Source: Eledone cirrhosa
Lineage: Eukaryota
Assembly (NCBI GenBank): GCA_964016885.1
Contig: OZ024740.1
Coordinates: 65,472,001 to 65,536,000, forward strand
Direction: 5' to 3'
DNA: 64,000 bases
Positions 13,912 to 26,509 of the stretch are shown piece by piece. The notes beneath the pieces are model-generated. The model saw nothing but the letters and a program-made list of their open reading frames with translations. It was not told where the DNA came from and did no database searches. Position numbers and translations under genes: made by a program. The first letter of the stretch is position 1; every line of letters starts with the position of its first letter.

Positions 13912-16500
13912 AACTGCTAAATCAATACCACCCAAGGAGGAAGTGCAAGAATTCTGGGAAAAGATCTGGGCCGAAGAAAAAGTTCATAACATACATGCCC
14001 CATAGATAGACAGACAAATGAAAGAAACAGCTCACCTTGAAGAACAAACATGGGAAAATATAACAGTTGAACAGCTGCGCTTGGCTCTAAGAAAAACCAG
14101 CAAATGGAAATCCCCAGGCAAAGACAAAATACAAAAGTTTTGGATAAATGCCTTCACAGAGTCTCATGAGCTGTTAGCCCAACTTTACAATGAAATAGTT
14201 AAGGAGCCAGAAAAGATACCATCATGGCTAGTTAACGGCATTACATTCCTGCTACCGAAGAATGATGAGACAAACAATCCCCAAAATTACAGACCGATAA
14301 CCTGCTTGACCACAATGTATAACATTTTAACATCAGTCCTAACTGAATACACATATGACCACCTGATAACAAATGACCTATTTCCCATTGAGCAGAAAGG
14401 GTGTAAACGAGGCTCATATGGCTGTAAGGATCAGCTTCTGATTAACAAAATGATACTGGAAGATTGTCATAATAGACACAAAAATCTATCGATTGCTTGG
14501 ATAGATTATACAAAAGCATTTGATAGTTTGCCACACAGTTGGATTGAAAAATGTTTAGAGATTTTCAAAATATCCCCCGTTGTCAGGAGGTTTTTGTCAT
14601 TCAGTATGAGGACATGGAGAACGACACTCCTTTTGAATAGTGAAACAAAATCACTGGAAGCTGGAGAAGTTAACATTAATTGTGGAATTTTTCAGGGTGA
14701 CTCTTTATCACCGCTTTTATTCTGCATCGCACTTATACCATTAAGTAAAATGCTCAATGAAACAAAACATGGATATAGAGTCTATGACAAAACCATTAAT
14801 CACCTGTTCTACATGGATGACCTGAAACTATTTGCAAAAAATGATGAACAATTGCAAGGGCTATTATCCACTGTGAAGCAGTTCAGTGATGACATTAAAA
14901 TGGAGTTTGGACTGGATAAATGCGCCAAAGCAACGTTCACCAGAGGAAAGCTGCTGAAGAGTTCAGACATTAATCTTGATCGGGGGAACGTGATAAGAGA
15001 GCTTGATCAAGAACAAACTTACAAATATCTAGGTGTTTGTGAAGGAGACGGAATCAAGCACTCGACAATGAGGGAAAGGGTAAGGAAGGAATGTTACCGC
15101 AGAGTCAGAGCAATCTTAAGAACGGAATTGAATGCAAGGAATAGGATCGATGCCATAAACACGCTTGCCATACCAGTAGTAACCTACAGTTACAATGTCA
15201 TCAACTGGTCAAGCACAGAGATCCGTAGGTTCGATACAAAAATCCGAAAATTCTTAGCCATGCACAGAATGCATCACCCTAAGGCAGACATAGATAGAAT
15301 ATATCTCCCTAGGAAAGAAGGAGAACGTGGGTTAATCCAGTTAGACATTGCGTTGAAAACTGCAACAATTGGATTATCCACACATCTAAGGGAATCACAT
15401 GATTGGATGATCAAACTCGTTTTTAAACACGAAAGCACCAAAAGATCATATTCCATTACAAAAGATGCACAAAGATACAGTAATGGACTACAAATTTCAG
15501 AAGTCCCATTTACTGCTGAAATGGAAAACACAGAAAAAGCAAAGCAGGTAAAAGTAACTGCAAAGAAAGAACTGCTACAGAAACTGGCTAAGAAATGGCA
15601 AGAAAAGCCTCTGTATGGAAAATACCCAGAGCGAGCTAACAATCCTGATGTTGACAAAACTTTAACCCATCAGTGGTTGGCATCCTCTGGACTAAAATCG
15701 GAGACTGAAGGACTGATTATATCGGTACAAGATCAGTGTCTGCCAACAAAAAATTACCAAGCCAACATAATAAAAAATGGGTGCAGCCCATTATGCCGTG
15801 TATGCAAAAAACAACCAGAGACCATTGACCATATAATTTCAATGTGCAGTCCTATAGCTCCAACCGAATACCTAAATAGGCATGACAGAGCTGCACAATA
15901 CATACATTGGATAATGTGTAATCATTTTGACCTGCCCCATCAAAAGAATTGGTGGGAGCATCAACCACCTCCCATACTTGAAAAAGATCACATCTCAATC
16001 TTGTGGAACTTTAGCATCCAAACAGACCGAAAAATAGATGCAAATAGACCTGATATAATATTGAAGGACTTTCAAAGGAGGGTATGCCTGCTAATTGATA
16101 TGTCTGTTCCAATAGACAAGAATGTATCTATAAAAACATTTGAAAAATTGAGCAAGTATAAGGACCTGGAGATAGAAATTGGAAAAATGTGGAAATTGAG
16201 AACTAAAACAATACCAGTGGTTGTAGGCGCTCTGGGAATGATACCTAAGGGGTCTAACGACTACTTATCGCAAATCCCAGGAAACCCGCGTATAGGAGAA
16301 ATACAAAAGATAGTACTAATGGGAACTGCCCATATACTAAGGAAGATCCTGTCAATATAAGTACATCACAAGTCTAAACACTAAGGATGCATGTGTGAAT
16401 ATGTGTGTTCTTTCTTGAACATGGCGGACCTTGTTGTCTCTTGAGGTCACTGGTTGTGACTTGGTGATAACTCGTATAAACATAAAGCAAGATAAATGCA

Positions 16501-16541
<41 letters not shown>
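13912..16541 (+). mobile_element. R4/Dong-type non-LTR retrotransposon (family A), 5'-truncated, flanked by (TAA)n
   Basis: Starts directly after TAA repeats, contains the RT-CCHC-RLE ORF, a 140-nt 3' UTR and an (AAT)n tail at 16501-16541. Confidence 0.93.
14018..16360 (+). CDS. Reverse transcriptase + CCHC zinc knuckle + restriction-like endonuclease (R4/Dong clade), N-terminally truncated
   Basis: NYRPITCL, EQKG, DYTKAFDS, GIFQGDSLSP, YMDD, YKYLG, CRVC..ETIDHIISMC, RH and RPD..D..K..KY motifs. The frame extends upstream to about 13912 through one TAG. Confidence 0.92.
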   Translation: MKETAHLEEQTWENITVEQLRLALRKTSKWKSPGKDKIQKFWINAFTESHELLAQLYNEIVKEPEKIPSWLVNGITFLLPKNDETNNPQNYRPITCLTTMYNILTSVLTEYTYDHLITNDLFPIEQKGCKRGSYGCKDQLLINKMILEDCHNRHKNLSIAWIDYTKAFDSLPHSWIEKCLEIFKISPVVRRFLSFSMRTWRTTLLLNSETKSLEAGEVNINCGIFQGDSLSPLLFCIALIPLSKMLNETKHGYRVYDKTINHLFYMDDLKLFAKNDEQLQGLLSTVKQFSDDIKMEFGLDKCAKATFTRGKLLKSSDINLDRGNVIRELDQEQTYKYLGVCEGDGIKHSTMRERVRKECYRRVRAILRTELNARNRIDAINTLAIPVVTYSYNVINWSSTEIRRFDTKIRKFLAMHRMHHPKADIDRIYLPRKEGERGLIQLDIALKTATIGLSTHLRESHDWMIKLVFKHESTKRSYSITKDAQRYSNGLQISEVPFTAEMENTEKAKQVKVTAKKELLQKLAKKWQEKPLYGKYPERANNPDVDKTLTHQWLASSGLKSETEGLIISVQDQCLPTKNYQANIIKNGCSPLCRVCKKQPETIDHIISMCSPIAPTEYLNRHDRAAQYIHWIMCNHFDLPHQKNWWEHQPPPILEKDHISILWNFSIQTDRKIDANRPDIILKDFQRRVCLLIDMSVPIDKNVSIKTFEKLSKYKDLEIEIGKMWKLRTKTIPVVVGALGMIPKGSNDYLSQIPGNPRIGEIQKIVLMGTAHILRKILSI

Positions 16542-16543
<2 letters not shown>

Positions 16544-17984
16544 GCAATTTGGTATTAGTAAGTGTGGAGTCATTGTGATGAGGAGGGGTAGGTTGAGCAG
16601 ATGTAACGGAATCCAGATACCAACAGGTGAGATGATAAAGGAAATTGACTCTGAGGAAGGATACAAGTATTTGGGCGTTCTGGTGGCTGATGGCATAAAG
16701 AACAAAAAAATGAAGGAATTGTTAAGAACTGAATACATTCGGAGAGTAAGGAGCGTATTGAAGTCACATCTGAACAGCAGAAATGCCATAAGCGCAGTAA
16801 ATTCCCGAGCTGTGTCTATTATTAGGTACAGTGCGGGAATTCTGAGATGGAATGTTGCTGAACAAAAAGAAATGGATAGGAAGACTAGGAAGCTATTGAC
16901 TATCTACAACATGTTCCACAAGAGGAGTGATGTCGATAGACTCTACTTAAGGTGATCTGAGGGTGGAAGAGGTCTTATCAACATAGAGGACTGTGTTCAG
17001 ATGGAGAAAAATAACCTACACAAATACGTGACTGATAGTAAGGAGCCAATGCTCAGAACTGTACTGAAGGAGGGGACAATAGGCCAAGGGATGTCCAAGG
17101 AGGAAATAACATCAAGGAGAAAGAGCAGCCTTCAGGAAAAATCCCTTCATAGTACCTTCTTTGAGAAAACTGAATTTAGAGATCCACAGACATGGAACTG
17201 GTTGAAAAGAGGAGACATTAAAAAGGCTACAGAAGGAATGTTAATGGCTGCGCAGGAGCAGGCCCTCAAAACGAAGTGGTTGAAACACCATATTTACAAG
17301 GAGGAGACTAGCCCACTGTGCAGGATCTGTGGAGAGAGAGAGGAGACTGTGGCTCACATTGTATCCGAGTGTAAACACCTAGCCCAGACCCACTATAAGG
17401 GCTGAAGACATGATGTGATGGGCAGGGTGATCCACTGGCACCTGTGCAAAGTAAACAGTTTACCACATTCTGAGAAATGGTATGAGCATAAGCCAAAGGC
17501 GGTGATAGAGAACGATCAGGTGAAGGTGCTGTGGGATTTTAGGATACAGACGGACAAGAAAATGAAACACAATAGACCTGACCTGGTGGTTGTGGACAAG
17601 GAAAAAAGATCGTGCCTGATTGTGGATGTGGCCTGCCCATTCGACACGAGAGTGCAATAGAAGGAGAGGGAGAAAATTAACCGATACCAGGACTTAAAGT
17701 GGGAGGTAAAAAGGATTTGGAACTGACATGAAGTCAAAGTGATCCCGATTGTCATAGCCGCACTGGGGACTATCTCCAAAAGTTTCCAGGGATGGTTAAA
17801 GAAAATCGGCCCCTTCACGCTTTTTGGAACGCTTCAAAAGGCATGCTCGCTGGGAACAGCAAGAACCCTCCGATACGTCCTGAATATCTGAGGCTGCAGG
17901 TAGTGGCTTGATATTCATTCCGACAAACTATCCAGTTAACTAACATCAATGACTGAGACTCAAGGAATAATAACAATAATAATG
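16542..17984 (+). mobile_element. R4/Dong-type LINE (family B), 5'-truncated, with in-frame stops
   Basis: ORFs 16542..16955, 17001..17405 and 17415..17660 are one frame broken by stops (YKYLG, CRIC..ETVAHIVSEC, RPD). AAT tail. Confidence 0.92.
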
Positions 17985-19292
17985 CTTTATTTATTAACCA
18001 AAAGGGTTTACATAAAGTAGACATTAAGGATAGTACAGGACAATACAGGACGGTACAAACGGGCATTTCTGCGTGTAAAAAAAACAGAGGATGTAATAAA
18101 AAATAACAATGAAAAATTCCCCAATAGGGGGGAGATTTCCGAGGGATATTTGTGGAGAAAGCCCATTAAAAGGCCACTGTGACCCTGACCACCAGGGCAA
18201 GTGCCCTCTCCCAGTTTTCCACCTTTAATTTACAGACTGATACTCAGAGTAGGCCCAGTCACACGGGCCATACTTGCTTCGCTCACCCATCTTTCAACAA
18301 AATGCTGGGAAGAGAGCACTTCCCTCTCTACCCTGATTTTCCTTTTCAAATGAAATCTGAAAAAGTTAACCAGGGCATCACCGAAGAGGTAAGTGCTCGT
18401 CTTCAGCCCTTTCAAACGTGTCCACCATACTATCTCTTTCGCCATGGCCACCAGATAGATAAAAACTGCCTGCCCTTCCCGGCTAAATGAAGAGGGCGGG
18501 GCAATCATCACGATGGACTCAGCTAATAGCTGGATCCCTCCTACACGTGACAGCAGGTGTTCGACATAAACCTACAAGTCAGCAATGCTCGGACACTGGA
18601 CGAGTGCGTGCAGGACGGTTTCGTCGCCCTGCGCGCATCTCGGACATGCCCGGTTGACAGCACCTCCATGCATGTAGAGTTTACCCCGAACTGGCAAAGC
18701 TCCTCGGTAGCACTGCCAGGCCAGGTATTTCTGGAAGTTGTCCATAGGCGCCGGCCCGAAAGTCCTTCCGAATAGACTGGCTAGTTATTTTCATCGATGC
18801 CTAGATTTTCTCAAAGTACGTCGTCGCTCTTCCCCTCCACTAATCCTCTATAGAACGCCAAGGTGGAGTTTCCACCGATCACATTGCCCGATTGGTCGAG
18901 GGCTGTGAGCGCCTGAAGACATTCCAGTCTCCAAGCGCTCCCTATCGGTCTTCGCTTGACGCAGGACTGAAGCTCCATCAAGGAGACGAGCTGGGGAAAG
19001 ACATGTCTAGCAAACGGCGACCACACCTGGTCACCGTCGTGGAAGAGGTGGAGCTGTCGTAGCCTGAGCGCGAGTCTGCGCATCATCAGCCATGGCATGC
19101 CCACCCTCCACGTAGCGGGTGTTGACAGCAGATGTACCGCCTGACCATCGGAGCGCAGCCCTTCCACAAAAAGCGAAAGAGCAGTCAGGCGGGCTTAGGA
19201 CAAGGTATGACGGTCAGGCGGTAGTAGATGACGGACGCGATGTACGCGTTAGCCACCTCCGCTCGACCATTCAGGGATAGCTTCCTCTCCGC

Positions 19293-20203
19293 CTATTTCT
19301 GGGTGAGAGAAGCCACCCTGCTCGTCACATCGTCCCAGTTTTTGTACGTCTGAAGGTCCGGACCGAACCAGACCCCTAGCAATTTCACCGGTCCGTCCTT
19401 CCAGAGCCCGACGACGCTGTTGGACGGAATGGACCTGCCTCTCCAGGTGACGAGCTGCAGGCCCACTGTCTTTTCCTGGTTGATCATTGTTCCTGTCACC
19501 GCTTCGTATTCTCTTAGTGTAGTGCCGATCGCTTCGATGTGTTTGGCGTTCGACACCACAACGGTGACATCGTCCGCATATGCTGACACGGATCGACCGC
19601 ATCCTAGTTCGCGCGGGACGCCCCTCAACGTCTCCAGTGTGTGCAGTAATGGCTCGAGAGTCAATACGTACAAGAGGGACGAGAAGGGACATCCTTGGCG
19701 GACCGTGCGCATGATGTTGAACGGTTCCGAAAGGTGACCGTTCACTCTCACTACAGAGCAGCGATCCAGCCTCTGAAGACGGGCCCAAAGCCAGCCGCCC
19801 TCAGGACTGCCGCTAGGTAACGATGGTCGACCCTATCGAAAGCTTTCAACTGATCTAAATTAATCAAGGACCCACGCGTGCCAGGTTCCCTAGTTACCCT
19901 CTCTACGATGTATCGCATGAGGTGGAGCTTGTCGTGGATGGATCTGTCGGGAATGGCGCATGTCTACGCCTCTCCCACCAGACCACCAACGACAAGCGCC
20001 AACCTCTTTGCTAGCACCTTGGCCAAAATCTTGAACTCTGTGTTTAGCAGAGTTATGGGCATGAAATTATCTAAGTTATCCCCCTTGTTCGGATCCTTTC
20101 TCAGCAGCGCCACCGCTCCTCGGCTCACAGAGCTGGGAATTCTCCCGTTTTGTTGCCAGTTGCAGTAGACGTCTGCCAACAGGCCCCCGAACAAGTCTGG
20201 CAT
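19293..20203 (-). pseudogene. Tx1/L1-type reverse transcriptase, frameshifted
   Basis: ORFs 19964..20203 and 19293..19751 carry RT motifs including QGCP and YADD. Confidence 0.88.
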
Positions 20204-20509
20204 TTATACGTAAAGTTTATAGGGCAGACCATCCAAACCAGGCGATTTACGCCTTGTGCAGCCAGTCATTCCCTCCCGTACTTCAGCGGCTGTTATCGGC
20301 TTTTCGCAACACTCCGCCTCAGTGGCCGAGAGCTGCGGCAGTCCGTCGAGGTAGACACTAAAGACCATCCCTCAATCCGGCCCGCCGCTGCTCCCGAACG
20401 GCTGGGCGAAGTGTCGGTGGAATGCTTCACACATTTGCCCGGGATCGAGTAACATGCGCCCGTCGTGGTCCACCAAAGACCGGATTGTGGTTTTGTTAAC
20501 ACGACGCGC

Positions 20510-21445
20510 TTACGCCACTCGGGTCCATTGAACGGCTTTCGTCCCCTCGTGTCTGAGAGGACGCACCCTAGCTCTGACAACGCAGCCTTCGTGCTTTGCA
20601 TTGAAGAATTGGTCAAGGACCAATTTCGCCGCACGTACATTGGTCGCGATGCATTTGCTAAGCCCCTCGTCTAATTTTCTAACTAATTCTCCCTCTGATC
20701 TATTTTTCTCTATTGCTAAAGCCTTACTAAACCTAATGGACTCTATTCTAATTGCTCTTTTCGGAGAAAACCACCACTTGTTGTTGACGTTGGCCCCCGT
20801 CAACGCCCGCTTAACTAGTTCGCTAATCCGGTCTCTGTAGGCCATGCGCGCTGGTAAGGATGCGTTTAGCTTCCAATAGCCGGGTCCTCGTCTATGAAGC
20901 CTATCTAATTCAAGCACACAGATCACGAATTTGTGGTCCGTGTAGCTGACTATCTTGAATTGTGGACAGCCTATGCTAGACCTATCTATTTCCCTACAAA
21001 ATACTCTATCTAGATATGATCTGGATGACCCTATGCGATTTGTCCAAGTCCACATTGGCACATTCGGGAAATCCAATTGGTACCTGTCAGACAGTTCAAA
21101 ACGCCTGAGCAGGTAGGTGAGACTCTTGCACCCTCCTCCCCTATCCGCTAATCCCACACAGTCCAAGCGTGCATCTAAGATCCCGTTCCAGTCGGCCACT
21201 AAAGAGCGGGACGCTCCAAGAAAGATCTCCAAACGCCGGAAGAAATCAGGCCGCCCTGCTCTTGTCGGGGCATAGACGGCCACTAGCTTGAAAGCCGGTT
21301 TCGGAAGGAGGGGGGTTTCCTCCTTTCTTAGGGTCTTCTCATTGCAGAATGCCCTGAGGTGAGTCTTCGATCCACAGCGAAAGCATTTCGGGCGTTTGCC
21401 CTCAACACTTATGGGCAGTTGAGTGCCGTTATCGAAGTCTATCAC
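20510..21445 (-). pseudogene. Chimeric ORF: ORF1 zinc knuckle fused in frame to the C-terminal part of the APE endonuclease
   Basis: Matches copy 1 up to PLLPKPA (about 21294), then switches to FKLVAVYAP..., whereas copy 1 continues TRLPATG. Confidence 0.75.
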
Positions 21446-22115
21446 ACCCGGGATAGCTTCGATGCACTCCTGGTTGGTTTGGATTAACCCTCAATGGAGG
21501 TGCCGACCCAATCTTCTCGTACTTTTTTCTGTACTTGCAGTACAGTTGTTTTGTCCTCGATTCCGACGAGGACAGACGCGGTCAGCCAAGAATTGGCCAG
21601 CCCGAGAGCTGGGGCGTCAATTTGACACTCACAATTTTTTGCCCGCAGTAGGAGGGCACCAACACCATTTCCTCGCTCCTTAGAGTCACTAAGGATTGAG
21701 CCTTTGCCTCCTGGGGTATGGCAAAAAAGCACGTCCACGGTGGCATATTTTATTGCCTCGGGTGATATGCGTTTTCCGCTGCCACACAGACCCTAAGGCT
21801 TTTTGTATTTGAGCCTCTGTGGTTCTTTCAACGCTACGGTATTTTGTGCTTACTGTACGGTACGTGACCGTACAGTGCTGTTGGGTTTCGAACAATATTT
21901 CGGGTGTCTTGCAGATTGCTCGGTGTCCGGATTTCGTCACCATCTTCTTTGCTTCCTGTAATTCCTCATTTGTTATAAGGATGGTTTCCAGGTTCTTTGC
22001 GATACCTGCAAACGAGATTACTTTTTTCTTTCTTGTTGTTGTTGTTGTAGTCAGAGCTGCTGTTACTTTTGTTGTTGCTGCTGGTACTACGACCGCCGTC
22101 GCCGCTGTTGCTGTC

Positions 22116-22146
<31 letters not shown>

Positions 22147-22844
22147 TTGTTGCTGTTGCTTCTAATGCTGTTGTTGTTTATGCTGCTGCTGTTGTTGTTG
22201 CTGTTGCTGCTAATGCTGTTGTTGTTTATGCTGCTGCTGATGTTGTTGCGGCTGCTACTAGTGATTTCCGTGTCATTGTTGCTGCTGCTGCTGTTTTTAC
22301 GGCTGCTACTGGTATTCTTCATGACGTCAGACGAATGAAATGGATTTCCCTATTTACCGCACACATTTTTCGTCGTTGTCGTCGTCGAGGAGAAATGTTC
22401 CACGGTATGCACGTGCTCTTGGTGAAACCTCTCAGAAACTATATTTTTATTTTCCTCTAATGGCATCGCTTGCGAAAGAGAAGGGAGGGAGAGAGACACA
22501 TTTAGAGAAGGGAGGGAGAGAGACAATCTTCTCTCTGATGTAGTGACGATTAAGGAAGAAGAAGACGGAATGAGTTGGAGTGACTTGTGAAAATTCTTAT
22601 TTGTAGCCATTCTTTTTTTTTTTGGGGGGGGGGGGGGGGGGTTCAAATGGATATTGGGCACAAACCCCAATAAGCGGTTATTTAACGCCGAAGGGCCAAA
22701 TAACGGGCAGAAAGACCCCTCTCACGAGGAGGAGGGTGTTTTTATCTACAATTTGGTTAAAGTTTTAAACTATTTACAATTGTTATAGTGGTTAAAATTT
22801 ACTATACCTTACAGAGCCGAGCCTCCGTCAAAATCTACCTTAGC

Positions 22845-24769
22845 TCTAGATAAACAACTTGTTACCGGACGAACAGAAAAGATGCCGAAAGAAGTCCCGT
22901 GGTACAAAGGACCAGTTACTTATTGATAAGATGGTAATGAGGAATTGCAGGAGGAGACACACTGGTCTTGCCATGGGATAGACTACAAAAAGGCATTCGA
23001 CATGGTATCTCATTCTTGGATCACCAAAATCCTAGAGATCTTCAAGGTGGCAGATAACATCAGACAGTTGTTGATCAAAAGTATGAAGTCCTGGAAAACA
23101 GAGTTAACATTGGCTGGATAATTCTTTGGAGGCATGAAGTTCAAGAGAGGTATCTTCCAGGGAGATAGTCTGTCCCCTCAGTTGTTTGTCCTTGCCCTGA
23201 TACCCCTGACAATTATACAGCGAAAAGTGAGAGCAGAATACAAGTTGAGAAAGGGAGAGCTTACCATCAAACACCTACTCTTCATGGACGATCTTAAGCT
23301 ATTCGGAAAGAGTGAGAAGGAGTTGGATGTGCTTGTTGACAATGTCCGTATTTTCAGCAAAGATATATGTATGCAATTTGGTATTAGTAAGTGTGGAGTC
23401 CTTGTGATGAAGAGAGGTAAATTGAGCAGAAGCAAAGGAATCCAGGTACCAACAGGTGAGATGATAAAGGAAATTGACACTGAAGAAGGATACAAATATT
23501 TAGGTGTTCTGGAGGCTGATGACATCAAGAACAAAGGAATGAAGGAATTGATAAGATCTGAATACATTCGGAGAGTAAGGAGCGTATTAAAATCACATCT
23601 GAACAGTAGGAATGGCATAAGTGCTGTAAATTCCCGATCTGTGTCTATTATTAGGTACTGTGCGGGAATTCTGAGATGGAATGTTGCTGAACAAAAAGAA
23701 ATGGATAGGAAGATTAGGAAGCTATTGACTATCTAAAACATGTTCCACAAGAGGAGTGATGTCGATAGACTCTACTTAAGGAGATCTGAAGGTAGAAGAG
23801 GTCTTATCAGCATAGAGGACTGTGTTCAGATGGAGAAAAACAACCTACACAAATACGTGACTGATAGTAGAGAGCCGATGCACAGAATTGTACTGAAGGA
23901 GAGAACAACAGACCAGGGGATGTCAAAGGAGGAAATAACAATAAGGAGAAATAGCAACCTTCATGAAAAATCCCTTCATAGTACATTCTTTGAGAAAACT
24001 GAATTTAGAGATCCACAGACATGGAACTGGTTGAAAAGATGAGACCTTAAAAGGGCTACTGAAGTAATGCTAATGGCTGCGAATCACCATATTTACAAGG
24101 AGGAGGCTAGCCCACTGTGTAGGATCTGTGGAGAGAGAGAGGGGAGACTGTGGCTCACATTGTATCCGAGTGTAAACACCTAGCCCAGACTCACTATAAA
24201 GGCTGGAGACATGATGTGATGGGCAGGGTGATCCACTGGCACCTATGCAAAGTAAACAATTTACCACATTCTGCGAAGTGGTATGAGCATAATCCAGAGT
24301 CGGTCATAGAAAACGATCAGGTGAAGGTGCTGTGGGATTTTAGGATACAGACGGACAAGAAACTGGAACACAATAGACCTGACCTGGTGGTTTTGGACAA
24401 GGAAAATAAATCGTGCCTGATTGTGGAATTGGCCTGCCCATTCGACAGAAGATTGTAAGAGAAGGAGAGGAAGAAAATTAACCTATACCAGGAATTAAAG
24501 AGGGAGATAAAAAGGATTTGGAACTGCCATGAAGTTAAAGTGGTCCCGATTATCATAGGCGCACTAGGTACTATTTCAAAGAGTTTCCAAGGATGGTTAA
24601 AGAAAATTGGTCCCGCCCCGCTTTTTGGAACACTTCAAAAATCATGGTAGCTGGGAACAGCAAGAACCCTCCGATACGCCCTGAATATCTGAGGCTGCAC
24701 GTAATGGCTTGATATTCATTTCAACACACTTTCAAGTTAAATAACATCATTGACTGAGACTCAAAGAAC

Positions 24770-24817
<48 letters not shown>
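22845..24817 (+). mobile_element. R4/Dong-type LINE (family B), 5'-truncated, degenerate
   Basis: [27 protein letters not shown] and RPD motifs. (AAT)n tail at 24770-24817. Confidence 0.92.
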
Positions 24818-24959
24818 CTTCTTCCAATTTTTCGAAAAGTTCAAAATCAGTCGTTTAAATTTTGAGAAAAAAGCGGAAGTCAGATGTCAACATGTCTAGA
24901 AGATGTTACTAGCGAATTGTATCACTATAGAACACGGCACAGACAAATACAAATACAAA

Positions 24960-25420
24960 AACAATACCTCACAGGCAAAAAAAAGCAAACACAATAACAA
25001 CACCCCGCTGTTATGGTTACAAAAGCTAGCGGAAACAAGCGCAAAAAGAGCAGCAACAACAACTCCATCAACACCACCATGTTGAGTTTATCACTATTGG
25101 CACCGCTACTCCATTACCACGACCATCATTCCTACTCAGTCACCACCACCAACACTACTACTTCTTCCCCGCAGCCACCACAGCCGCATGACGACCGCCA
25201 GCACCACCCATCCAGCACCGCCACCACTAGCCCATCACCACAATCACCGCCATTACACCATCACTACCACCTCACAAGCATTTGAAAAACTTCCGGTACC
25301 AGCAACACCAAAGAAAAAAAAATCGTGGAGAAATGCCGTTAATACTATTAAACACACTAGCTATGATTAGTCGAGTAACAACTTAGCCACCACCACTACT
25401 ACAACAAAAGCTATCAACAC
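24960..25420. repeat. Degenerate (CAC/CAA)n low-complexity tract
   Basis: Repeated caccac/caacaa units. Confidence 0.6.
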
Positions 25421-25440
25421 AGCACCGGAAACATGTAAAT

Positions 25441-25612
25441 AATAATTGTTTCTACTTTTGGCACAAGGCCAGCAATTACCAGTGCATTACTGGTACTTTA
25501 ATTTATCGACCCCGTCAGGATGTAAGGGAAAGTTAACCTTCGCGGGATATGAACTCAGACCGGAAAGGGTCGTAACTCTATGCTGCAAACCCTCTACCGA
25601 TATTGCCAATCC
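25441..25612 (-). mobile_element. SINE family 1
   Basis: ggcacaaggccagcaatt...ttatcgacccc...gaactcaga...tgccaatcc. Confidence 0.8.
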
Positions 25613-25689
25613 AGATAATTCGTTTAATGGTTGTAAAGATCATAAGTCTTTCTTTCTCGACAATGATAATAATAATCACTAAAGGGTAG

Positions 25690-26470
25690 AGACATACTCT
25701 CAGCCATTACAAGGGATTTTACTTTTTCGTCGCTACTGGATGAGTAGCCAGCCCAGGAAAACCCACCTTAATGAGGGCAGGCAGTCCTCTCTAAGCTTCT
25801 TCATGCAAACCTGACTAGTTTGGTTCAAGAGTATATACCCCTGGTCAGTATGGATAAAATGGAACTTAAATGTACAAAATGCATAACCCCCGTAAATTAT
25901 AACGCGTAGTCCATCACATGGGTTACCAAGAAATGCGTCTTACAGTGATGTAACAAGATGAGCTCGAAAACAAACAACTGAAGCAACCTTCTCAGCTAAG
26001 AGTACAGCAGGTAACCAGAAACAGGAAATACCCAACTTTGGATCAGTAGAAGAAACACTAACAAGCAACACTCGAAATCAGAAAGCAAAACAAAAATGGA
26101 ATAGGGAAGTATATAAACATGGTATGACAGCATTCTATACGGCATTAAACAACACATAAATAAAGGTAACAAAACAAACATACACTAAATGGAGGAAATT
26201 GGTCGGGGAAAACAGCTGACCGTATATAGCTGTCAATAAAACAGGTAACGCATATAGATACATTGTAAAAGAAAACAAATATACACTGATTGAATTAGAA
26301 CAGATAAAAGTACAACGTAATAACAGAGAACCAGATATACCAATAAGACATATCAACTTCAAAACAAATGATAACAGGTCGGAAGAAGAAGTCAACAAGA
26401 AGATTGACAAATCAAACAGAATATAAATATTAGTGAAGAACAACTTAGGGAAACAGCTGCTGAGGATAAT
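25690..26470 (+). mobile_element. 5' UTR and N-terminal region of an R4/Dong-like element, decayed
   Basis: Translation QKWNREVYKHGMTAFY...YTKW...YIVKENKYTLIELEQI resembles the N-terminal domain of R4/Dong ORFs. Follows a TAA-rich run. Confidence 0.5.
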
Positions 26471-26509
26471 GAAAATGATTACAGGGTTCTAGAAGGGACT
26501 GGGTAATAC

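Larger units (their letters stand above)
17985..22830 (-). mobile_element. L1/Tx1-clade LINE, copy 2: both ends present, internally deleted and frameshifted
   Basis: ORF1 CCHC, APE (VYAP, SYLDRV, TDHK, WKLN), RT (PITLLN..KILAK, KAFDRVDH, VRQGCP, YADD) and C-terminal CPRC..ETVLHALVQC. AATAAA at the 3' end near 17990. Confidence 0.92.

Noticed and set aside
15274-15657. Antisense ORFs over the LINE coding regions
   Set aside because: They are shadow frames of the RT ORFs with no independent motifs.
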